Source: an uncultured virus (IMG/VR IMGVR_UViG_3300032220_001634) (Duplodnaviria; Heunggongvirae; Uroviricota; Caudoviricetes). From it: 64,000 nt of DNA. The stretch's first letter is position 1; the number at the start of each line of letters is the position of its first letter. Below are positions 48,990 to 55,693 of this stretch, in pieces. The position numbers were made by a program, and so were the translations under genes. Location: IMG/VR virus record IMGVR_UViG_3300032220_001634; one strand, 5' to 3'. The notes beneath the pieces are model-generated. The model searched no databases. It had not been told where the DNA came from and worked only from the letters and a program-made list of their open reading frames with translations.

Positions 48990-49553
48990 ATGAGAAAGAT
49001 TTTACTGGCATTAGCCTTATTAATTCCCGTTTTGAGTCAAGCGCAGGAATTCACCTTTAATTCCTACGTCGATCAGGAAGTTTCTTGTTTTGGAAACAAT
49101 GATGGAACTATTCAATCCGAAGCATCCCCTGTAGGAAATTACGTGTACTCAATATCAAGAGGAACGACATTTAAAGATTCGAACAATTCAGGTACATTTT
49201 ATAAGTTAGAACCCGGAACCTATAAATCTTGCGGCAGTAACGGAAAGATTAAAAAATGTGTTACTTTAAAAGTTACACAGCCTAAAAAACTAGATATTAA
49301 TTTTATAGTAAATAAATACCCAACTATAAATGACAATAATGGAATATTGGCGGTTGAACTTAAAGGTGGAACTACAGAGATTCAGCCTTATTTAGTTACA
49401 TGGAAAAATAGCAGCTGTAAAATAATGAATAGCGAAGATCAGATGTATCCTATGGAAATGGATAAATTGCCCGCTGATTCTTATATTGTTACTATCGAAG
49501 ATGACAGAGGATGTTTTCTGACAAGATCCTACGATTTATTGCTGAAGAAATAA
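48990..49553 (+). CDS. Secreted SprB-repeat-like protein
   Basis: Signal peptide, VSCFGNNDGTI, GGT...PY..TW, Y.VTIEDDRGC. Confidence 0.7.
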   Translation: MRKILLALALLIPVLSQAQEFTFNSYVDQEVSCFGNNDGTIQSEASPVGNYVYSISRGTTFKDSNNSGTFYKLEPGTYKSCGSNGKIKKCVTLKVTQPKKLDINFIVNKYPTINDNNGILAVELKGGTTEIQPYLVTWKNSSCKIMNSEDQMYPMEMDKLPADSYIVTIEDDRGCFLTRSYDLLLKK

Positions 49554-49554
49554 G

Positions 49555-49626
49555 CAGTCCCAAAAGGATTCGAACCCTTACCGCTTGATCCGTAGTCAAG
49601 AATGCTATCCATTACACCATAGGACT
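49555..49626 (-). tRNA. tRNA-Arg(ACG)
   Basis: CTTGA-CTACGGA-TCAAG. Confidence 0.9.
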
Positions 49627-49632
49627 AGTTTG

Positions 49633-49706
49633 TGGACCCGACAGGACTTGAACCTGTGACCCTCTGATTATGAGTCAGACGCTCTAACCAACTGAGCTAC
49701 GGGTCC
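49633..49706 (-). tRNA. tRNA-CAT (Ile2 or elongator Met)
   Basis: TCTGA-CTCATAA-TCAGA; GGACCC acceptor resembles Ile2. Confidence 0.85.
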
Positions 49707-49761
49707 TTTGAGATTTGACTCTATTTATACCATTTTGCTAGAATAAATTTCTCAGTTTATC

Positions 49762-50157
49762 TTAGATAGATTTCTCACCGTCAGAGCCAGCAAAGAATCC
49801 CAAAAGAGATCTGATATTTCTCTGCTCGTTACCAAGAGCTTCTATTTTAATTCGATCAGAATTTATTGCTCTCTGAACTAAAGCCAAATCAGCTTTCTTT
49901 TCATTGAGAACGTCATGAGAAGATGCTTGATCGATAAAAGCAGATTCGCGGGATTCTGCATTGCTGTAAACTTTTTTCCCGTTCTCGTCCATCGCTGCAC
50001 TGATGCTTGACTTTATGGTTGATTCAATCTGTGAGATCTCATCGGAGATAGATTGGGATTTTTCATTCAGATCCAGGATGGATGTTTGGTGCGAATAGAT
50101 CATGTCAGGAATAGACAAAAGCTTTTCTGCTAATTGGGTCAATCTTTCTTTATTCAT
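49762..50157 (-). CDS. Hypothetical coiled-coil protein
   Basis: 131 aa helical ORF. Confidence 0.6.
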   Translation of the reverse strand: MNKERLTQLAEKLLSIPDMIYSHQTSILDLNEKSQSISDEISQIESTIKSSISAAMDENGKKVYSNAESRESAFIDQASSHDVLNEKKADLALVQRAINSDRIKIEALGNEQRNIRSLLGFFAGSDGEKSI

Positions 50158-50173
50158 ATTTTTTATTTTTTAG

Positions 50174-50255
50174 TGGGAGTAGGTGGACTCGAACCACCGA
50201 ACTCGAAAGAGGAGGGATTTACAGTCCCTTGCAATTGCCGCTATGCGATACTCCC
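50174..50255 (-). tRNA. tRNA-Tyr(GTA)
   Basis: AGGGA-CTGTAAA-TCCCT, long variable arm. Confidence 0.92.
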
Positions 50256-50266
50256 TTTTATATTCG

Positions 50267-50340
50267 TAGTCTCTATAGGATTCGAACCTATGACCCTCTG
50301 GATGTAAGCCAGATGCTCTAACCAACTGAGCTAAGAGACT
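50267..50340 (-). tRNA. tRNA-Val(TAC)
   Basis: TCTGG-CTTACAT-CCAGA. Confidence 0.92.
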
Positions 50341-50384
50341 GTAAAGATAAAACAAAATTACGAGATAAAAAAATATTTAACCGA

Positions 50385-50606
50385 TTATTTCCATTTTGTT
50401 TTTCTATTGTACTTCCATGTTTTGTACTCACATACTTTTTGCCATGAAATTCTTTTATTGGGATTTTTATAACCTCTTTTATAATAAGGATAGAAATTCA
50501 ATCCCTCATCCCAGTAAAGTGGATACCATTCATTTAAAGAGATTAAGTGGTAATCCCTACCACATTCTGCTTTTCCAAGCTTTGCTCTGTTTCTGTGTTT
50601 TGACAT
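50385..50606 (-). CDS. Small basic hypothetical protein
   Basis: 73 aa Lys/Tyr/Trp-rich ORF ending in YKTWKYNRKTKWK. Confidence 0.55.
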   Translation of the reverse strand: MSKHRNRAKLGKAECGRDYHLISLNEWYPLYWDEGLNFYPYYKRGYKNPNKRISWQKVCEYKTWKYNRKTKWK

Positions 50607-50671
50607 GTTTATTAGGTTTTGTTACCTAATAAAAATCATTTGCTTTTTTCATATTCATTTATTTTTTTTAG

Positions 50672-50743
50672 TAGCGAGTGAGAGTTCCGAGATCCCGTCC
50701 TTCCGGATATGAGCCGGATGCTCTTCCTCTGAGCTAACTCGCT
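50672..50743 (-). tRNA. tRNA-Met(CAT), atypical T-loop
   Basis: TCCGG-CTCATAT-CCGGA; T arm GGGATCTCGGAACTCTC. Confidence 0.8.
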
Positions 50744-50744
50744 A

Positions 50745-50820
50745 TGGAGCGGATGTCGAGAATCGGACTCGCATCTCCAGTTTGGAAGACTGGAGTAATA
50801 AGCCATTATACGACATCCGC
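50745..50820 (-). tRNA. tRNA-Gly(TCC), encoded CCA
   Basis: CCAGT-CTTCCAA-ACTGG. Confidence 0.9.
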
Positions 50821-50826
50821 TTATTG

Positions 50827-50898
50827 CTGTGACGGAGAATTACGATATCTCGACCCCCTGATTAACAGTCAGGTGCTCTGCCTCTGAGCTACGTCACA
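50827..50898 (-). tRNA. tRNA-Asn(GTT), atypical T-loop
   Basis: CCTGA-CTGTTAA-TCAGG; T arm GAGATATCGTAATTCTC. Confidence 0.87.
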
Positions 50899-50903
50899 AT
50901 GTT

Positions 50904-50983
50904 TGGTTGGCAGAATGGGATTCGAACCCATATGTAACCAGTTAACCTTTCTACCACGTATCAGGCGGAGGGTATATCTGCCA
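50904..50983 (-). tRNA. Non-canonical D-armless tRNA-Ile(GAT)-like RNA with encoded CCA
   Basis: TGGCAGA/TCTGCCA-A-CCA acceptor, ATGGG-TTCGAAT-CCCAT T arm, CCGC-CTGATAC-GTGG arm, no D arm. Confidence 0.65.
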
Positions 50984-51036
50984 ATGTGCTTTGCATATTG
51001 TGAGCATTACACTTTGCAAATTTCAAAGAACTTTAG

Positions 51037-51107
51037 TTGTCCCTGGAGGATTCGAACCTCCACAATCAGAATCAAAATCTGACGTCCTGCCATTAGACGA
51101 AGGGACA
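51037..51107 (-). tRNA. tRNA-Gln(TTG)
   Basis: TCAGA-TTTTGAT-TCTGA. Confidence 0.9.
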
Positions 51108-51117
51108 ATTTAATTTG

Positions 51118-51190
51118 CACGCCTGGATGGGTTCGAACCACCGACACCTGGTTTTGGAGACCAGTGCTCTACCAACTGAGCTACAGACGT
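51118..51190 (-). tRNA. tRNA-Trp(CCA)
   Basis: CTGGT-CTCCAAA-ACCAG. Confidence 0.93.
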
Positions 51191-51196
51191 ATTTTG

Positions 51197-51270
51197 TGGA
51201 GGATATCGGGCCCGAACCGATGACCCCTTGCGTGCAAGGCAAGTGCTCTAGCCAACTGAGCTAATCCCCC
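51197..51270 (-). tRNA. tRNA-Ala(TGC)
   Basis: CTTGC-CTTGCAC-GCAAG, G3-U70 pair. Confidence 0.93.
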
Positions 51271-51271
51271 G

Positions 51272-51349
51272 TGGTCGGGGTGGCCGGACTCGAACCGACA
51301 CGATATCCTCATCCCAAATGAGGAGGCTTACCAATTAGCCCACACCCCG
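51272..51349 (-). tRNA. tRNA-Pro(TGG), encoded CCA
   Basis: CCTCA-TTTGGGA-TGAGG. Confidence 0.92.
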
Positions 51350-51394
51350 TTAATATTAATTACCAATATGTCAATGAACTTTTACTTTCTTTAG

Positions 51395-51467
51395 TGACCC
51401 CGGCGAGAATCGAACTCGCGACCCCCTGGTTAAAAGCCAGGTGCTCTACCTACTAAGCTACGAAGTC
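51395..51467 (-). tRNA. tRNA-Lys(TTT)
   Basis: CCTGG-CTTTTAA-CCAGG. Confidence 0.92.
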
Positions 51468-51566
51468 ATTATTTTCTTAGACGACCGTAACCTATTAGAT
51501 CAGAGGGCCGTTACCGTTTTCGTTTCATTTTTAATTTCTTTTTCATTTTAATTCCTAATTCTTTTG

Positions 51567-51639
51567 TGGAGGTGCCTGGTTACGCTCCAGGTCCTTCAGA
51601 TTTTCAGTCTGACGCTTCTACTAAGTTAGCTTCACCTCC
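51567..51639 (-). tRNA. tRNA-Phe(GAA), atypical T-loop
   Basis: TCAGA-CTGAAAA-TCTGA; T arm CCTGG-AGCGTAA-CCAGG. Confidence 0.87.
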
Positions 51640-51643
51640 GGGT

Positions 51644-51679
51644 AAAAAAAAACTCCGAATCTTTCGATCCGGAGTTTTT
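51644..51679 (-). terminator. Attenuator terminator of tRNA operon 1
   Basis: AAAAACTCCGGATC-GAAA-GATTCGGAG followed by T9, ending 4 nt before tRNA-Phe. Confidence 0.88.
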
Positions 51680-51700
51680 ATATGTTTAGAATTATATTAT

Positions 51701-51823
51701 CTAGCCATGATTTATATCTCCGGATTTATTTTCAATATTATACCATTTAGCATTACCCACCTGGATAGCCGGGAAGCCTGCTGGCATAAATTGTTTAGCG
51801 ATATTTCCGAAGTTTTTCTTCAT
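51701..51823 (-). CDS. Putative leader peptide 1, MKKNFGNIAKQFMPAGFPAIQVGNAKWYNIENKSGDINHG
   Basis: 40-codon ORF after GATATATA (51844-51851); contains ATCCGGAG, complementary to the terminator 5' arm. Confidence 0.82.
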   Translation of the reverse strand: MKKNFGNIAKQFMPAGFPAIQVGNAKWYNIENKSGDINHG

Positions 51824-51897
51824 TTTTATTTAATTGTGGATATTATATATCATTTCTCTTTTTTGTTTCTCTGAATAATAAGATATATTTTAATCTA

Positions 51898-52950
51898 TTA
51901 TTTTTTATATTTCCACCTAGCCCTAGTGCAATTTTCAGGTTTTCTATTTTTCTTAAGGTATAGATTTATATAGCCAATCATATTACCGGCTCCTATAGGG
52001 TTAGCAGAATGCACGTAACACTGGGGTAAGTCAGTGCTGGATTTTTCAGAATGATCAGTCAACCATCTGACAACGTCCATTCCTGTCTTTTCCTTTATCT
52101 GCGTGTAATCAACCTCATAATTACTCTTCACGTGAGAATAATAGTGTGCAGTAGCGCTTTCGTCTAAATCGTGATCTAGAGAAATTATGTCTATATTTGA
52201 TAATCCGATTTCAGTAACTTTATTAACAAACTCATCGAAGTTCTTAACTACTATCCAATCATTTCCTTTAGGATGTTCCAGAGGTATTCTAAAGTCATCT
52301 AAATATATTGAAACCTTAGGTTCTTTCTTAACAAACCATGTACCGAGCCATTCCTGGGTGATTCCTAAATCGTATCCATGTGCTTGACAAAATTCATCCA
52401 CAGCAGGATTGACTCCAAAAACACCACCATAAGAAGACTCTCCGGTTGGTGAAGTTAAATAGATGTGCTTATCTTTACCATTTTCAGCAAAGGGTGGTTC
52501 TTCCCAATTCAAATCAAGATAGTCGTGTCCGCATAAACATCCACCTCTTTTAACTTTTCTATACCATAAGTTTATATCTTGCTTTACATAGTCATAAGCA
52601 TGATTTGCGTCAATATAAACAAAGTCTAATGAATTATCTTGAAAGAGATCTGCAGCAATCTCGGAAGTTGCTCTGATCATTATTCCCCTATCTTCTAATC
52701 CTGAGGTGTTTCTCATTGCTTCTCCGTAAACTCCATTTTCAAAATTTCCGTGATTCGAAGAGTCAACATACTCATCTCCGAGCGGTCTCCACACATCGAC
52801 CATATAAAGTTTCCCTTCCCAGATTTCCAAAATCTTTTTAGAAAATTCCCCTTTGAATGTACCAACCTCAACTCCTTTCCCCTGTGGGAATTCCAAGCCA
52901 ATCTCTCTGATAAGATCAATCCTGTCTATATTTCTTTTATTTACTCTCAT
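51898..52950 (-). CDS. Methyltransferase fused to a cyclic-phosphate-processing receiver-like domain
   Basis: EVGTFKG, YIDANHAY, GHDY; C-terminal IYLDDFRIP...ISLDHDL...TGMD...VHSANPIGA. Confidence 0.75.
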   Translation of the reverse strand: MRVNKRNIDRIDLIREIGLEFPQGKGVEVGTFKGEFSKKILEIWEGKLYMVDVWRPLGDEYVDSSNHGNFENGVYGEAMRNTSGLEDRGIMIRATSEIAADLFQDNSLDFVYIDANHAYDYVKQDINLWYRKVKRGGCLCGHDYLDLNWEEPPFAENGKDKHIYLTSPTGESSYGGVFGVNPAVDEFCQAHGYDLGITQEWLGTWFVKKEPKVSIYLDDFRIPLEHPKGNDWIVVKNFDEFVNKVTEIGLSNIDIISLDHDLDESATAHYYSHVKSNYEVDYTQIKEKTGMDVVRWLTDHSEKSSTDLPQCYVHSANPIGAGNMIGYINLYLKKNRKPENCTRARWKYKK

Positions 52951-53764
52951 TTATTTTTGTTGTTTTATAAAAATAATCCATCATTTTTTCTAATTCCTCT
53001 TTATCCTTTATACCGTGATAGAATTTAACGTTCGCAGAGTTTTCGCACTTCTGAAGATCGTTTCCAAAAACATCTTCGCTTACTATATTATCGTTATTTT
53101 CTACGTGCTGAACAACATCCGCATATCCCGTGTTTACAAAAATTCTCCCGTAATTCTGGTTTGCTCCTCTTTTCCATAGAATCACATTAATTGGAGTCTC
53201 GTCAGAAAAGGGGAAATACTCAGGACCGAACTGATTTAGATATTCATTCTCTGTGATGGACTTTGCTTCAAGCATGAATTGTTCACACTTTGAATTCATA
53301 CTCATTAGACAGCTATAAACGTAATTCATCGTTCTGCCTCTTACTCCTAAATAATCACAGAGTTTAGATTCACTGTATACTATCTTATTTCCTTGTCCAT
53401 CTATTTCATAATAAAATGGAAAGTCCCAGTTACCGACTGAGCATAGAGGATAGTCGAAATCGTGAACGAAGAATTCCGGATCGAATCTTTTTCCCACTAA
53501 GATATCGGTGTCCATAAAAAGTATGTCTCCACCGAATGATCTAATCGCATCCAGACAGATGCCAGGCTTGTAATTGTTAAATCTTTTTATTCTTGGATCT
53601 AATGGCCAAACTTTTTTGACCATATTGGGATAGTTAAGATCTGACTCAAATCCCAGGGTGTAATAGAGGAAGGTTAGATTACCATGTCCATTTAGGAGGA
53701 GCGATTTATATAATGACTCTACTTGGTACTCATAGTTTTTATCAGAGTATGCTAATATTACCAC
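52937..53764 (-). CDS. Probable glycosyltransferase (DTD motif)
   Basis: LFMDTD, DETPINVILWK, FYHG. Confidence 0.5.
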   Translation of the reverse strand: MVILAYSDKNYEYQVESLYKSLLLNGHGNLTFLYYTLGFESDLNYPNMVKKVWPLDPRIKRFNNYKPGICLDAIRSFGGDILFMDTDILVGKRFDPEFFVHDFDYPLCSVGNWDFPFYYEIDGQGNKIVYSESKLCDYLGVRGRTMNYVYSCLMSMNSKCEQFMLEAKSITENEYLNQFGPEYFPFSDETPINVILWKRGANQNYGRIFVNTGYADVVQHVENNDNIVSEDVFGNDLQKCENSANVKFYHGIKDKEELEKMMDYFYKTTKINESK

Positions 53765-53783
53765 TGGCTTAAATTATTTTTTG

Positions 53784-53865
53784 TGCCCAATGAGGGACTC
53801 GAACCCCCACGTCGTGAAACACTAGATCCTAAGTCTAGCGCGGCTACCAATTACGCCAATTGGGC
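53784..53865 (-). tRNA. tRNA-Leu(TAG)
   Basis: CTAGA-CTTAGGA-TCTAG. Confidence 0.92.
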
Positions 53866-53937
53866 ATTTTATTCTCTTTATATCTAGATAGAGAGAAAAG
53901 ATTTCAAATATAATTTAAAACCAGTGGCTAATATTTG

Positions 53938-54053
53938 TACAAGAGGAAGGATTTGCACCTCCACGGTTTAGTTACCTATCAACCAACCTCTGTAACGAGG
54001 TAACGTCTATCTATGGTTACGTTGGCCACCGCAACACTTTCCGCCACTCTTGT
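53938..54053 (-). ncRNA. Leu-type tRNA-like RNA with ~30-nt D-loop insertion and 6-nt anticodon loop
   Basis: ACAAGAG/CTCTTGT-A acceptor, TGGCGGAA...AGACG, ACCTC-GTTACA-GAGGT, long variable arm, GGAGG-TGCAAAT-CCTTC. Confidence 0.65.
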
Positions 54054-54059
54054 ATTTTG

Positions 54060-54143
54060 TGACCTGGGAGAGATTCGAACTCTCACGCCATTTCTAGCAC
54101 CACCCCCTCAAGATGGCGTGTCTACCAATTCCACCACCAAGCC
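54060..54143 (-). tRNA. tRNA-Leu(GAG)
   Basis: CCATC-TTGAGGG-GGTGG, long variable arm. Confidence 0.9.
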
Positions 54144-54165
54144 ATTATTTAAAAGATCAATTTAG

Positions 54166-54237
54166 TACTCCCGATAGGAATCGAACCTATATCTACTGCT
54201 TAGAAGGCAGTTGCTCTATCCATTGAGCTACGGGAGC
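54166..54237 (-). tRNA. tRNA-Arg(TCT)
   Basis: ACTGC-CTTCTAA-GCAGT. Confidence 0.92.
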
Positions 54238-54264
54238 AGGTTTTTTTACTTCATATTCTATTTT

Positions 54265-54297
54265 GTAAAGATAGAATTATTTCTCGATATAAAAAAA
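54265..54297 (-). promoter_or_regulatory. Putative early promoter of the Arg/Leu tRNA cluster
   Basis: TTTTTTTA-N3-CG-N11-TATCTTTAC. Confidence 0.7.
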
Positions 54298-54422
54298 TTT
54301 TATGGTATTTTTTTCCAAATATTTCTTATAGAGCTTTAAACTTTTCTTGAATATGCTATGACTAACTAATAATCATGATCGAATGGGGAAGTGCTATGAT
54401 ATTCTGATCCCGTGAGACAAAA

Positions 54423-54450
54423 AAAAAGCTTAGGTAATCCTAAGCTTTTT
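54423..54450 (-). terminator. Intrinsic terminator
   Basis: AAAAAGCTTAGG/CCTAAGCTTTTT. Confidence 0.7.
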
Positions 54451-54468
54451 CATTTTCTTTCTTTCTGA

Positions 54469-54672
54469 TTAGTCTGAACACTTGTCTGAACACTCTGTAG
54501 AATCTACAGAAACGTGAGTTGAGTCGCTTAGAAGAGATCCTGTTGAATCTACTTTTGAAGTGCTGTCAGCTACAGTTGTGCTGTCGGTAGAAGTTGCTTC
54601 AGTAGAAGCTCCACCGCTGCAAGAAGTTAAGGCTAAAATTGCTACAAAACTGATTAAAAATACTTTTTTCAT
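54469..54672 (-). CDS. Small Ser/Thr-rich lipoprotein
   Basis: Lipobox LALTSC, repeated DS/DST. Confidence 0.75.
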   Translation of the reverse strand: MKKVFLISFVAILALTSCSGGASTEATSTDSTTVADSTSKVDSTGSLLSDSTHVSVDSTECSDKCSD

Positions 54673-54742
54673 AATTCTATTTTTTTTAAATTTACCTGGT
54701 TTATAGCCAGATTTTTGGATTTGTTCCGGTTTATATATCTTT

Positions 54743-55192
54743 TTATTTACAAAGTGCGTCGGCTACCGATATGGCCCAGGGTGACATACTTTTATATCTA
54801 GCCTCTATTCCTAGGGAATGGATTAAACCCACAGCAGCTCTGAGAAGTGAGTTAGACTGATATTTAGGATCAGGATTTAGATCTATATCTATGTAATCCG
54901 GCTGTATATTATGATCCATGACATACTGGGCAGCTTCCACACTTAGCTCCACCTCCTTCCAAAGTCTTTCATAACTAGACTGAATTCTAGGGGTTTGTAT
55001 TCTTTTATATAGAACGTGACCTCCCCTCCCGCTGTTATGTAGTACTATAACAACAGCAAAGGTTGTTTTAGTTGATGTGTTGTGAGAATCACATCCTATG
55101 TAAATCTTATTCCCTGGATTTTCAGATAACCATTTAGGTAAATACTCATCCAGAATAACAGGGTCTCCATTGGATAATTTACGCCAGTTCAT
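54743..55192 (-). CDS. RNase H-like YkuK (DUF458) family protein
   Basis: IYIGCDS, GRGGH, RLWKEVELS, IDIDLN, VAD; likely start MNWRK at 55192. Confidence 0.8.
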   Translation of the reverse strand: MNWRKLSNGDPVILDEYLPKWLSENPGNKIYIGCDSHNTSTKTTFAVVIVLHNSGRGGHVLYKRIQTPRIQSSYERLWKEVELSVEAAQYVMDHNIQPDYIDIDLNPDPKYQSNSLLRAAVGLIHSLGIEARYKSMSPWAISVADALCK

Positions 55193-55246
55193 AATGAAAT
55201 ATTTTCTTTGATTCAATCTATATATTAGATTAAAGTTTCGGCTAGA

Positions 55247-55672
55247 ATGGGATTTTCTAAAAATAAAGAAAAAATAATTTGGACTAATGGCTGTTTTGAC
55301 ATCCTCCATTTGGGGCACGTCAGAATGCTAGAGTTTGCCAAATCTTTGGGAGATAGGCTAGTTGTCGGAATTGACACTGACGAAAGGGTTAAAGTAAACA
55401 AGGGAAAGAATCGTCCGATAAACAAACAGGAATATCGGGCAGAAATGCTCAGATCGTTAAAATTTGTTAACGAAGTTGTCTTTTTTGATTCAGTTGACTC
55501 TTTAAAGCAAAGAATTTTAGAAAGCGGTGCAGAGTTGATCGTCGTGGGTAGAGAATACGAAAAAACCGGGGTGATAGGTTCCGATTTGGTCCCTGTCGTT
55601 TTCTTCGATAGAATTCTCGGAATTTCCTCATCATTAATTATAGAAAACATAAATACCGATAGAGATATATAG
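55247..55672 (+). CDS. HldE/RfaE domain II-like sugar-phosphate nucleotidyltransferase
   Basis: TNGCFDILHLGH, LVVGIDTD..V..NKG.NRP, SSS. Confidence 0.85.
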   Translation: MGFSKNKEKIIWTNGCFDILHLGHVRMLEFAKSLGDRLVVGIDTDERVKVNKGKNRPINKQEYRAEMLRSLKFVNEVVFFDSVDSLKQRILESGAELIVVGREYEKTGVIGSDLVPVVFFDRILGISSSLIIENINTDRDI

Positions 55673-55693
55673 TAGAAATTGCTTTTTAAGGTA

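Noticed and set aside
51566..51874. Plus-strand 102-aa ORF (and 48806-49060)
   Set aside because: Antisense to tRNA-Phe, terminator and leader (or to promoter DNA); no protein features.
54238..54300. Attenuator for the Arg/Leu tRNA cluster
   Set aside because: Only ATG-AAG-TAA lies between promoter and tRNA-Arg, with no terminator; the cluster looks unattenuated.
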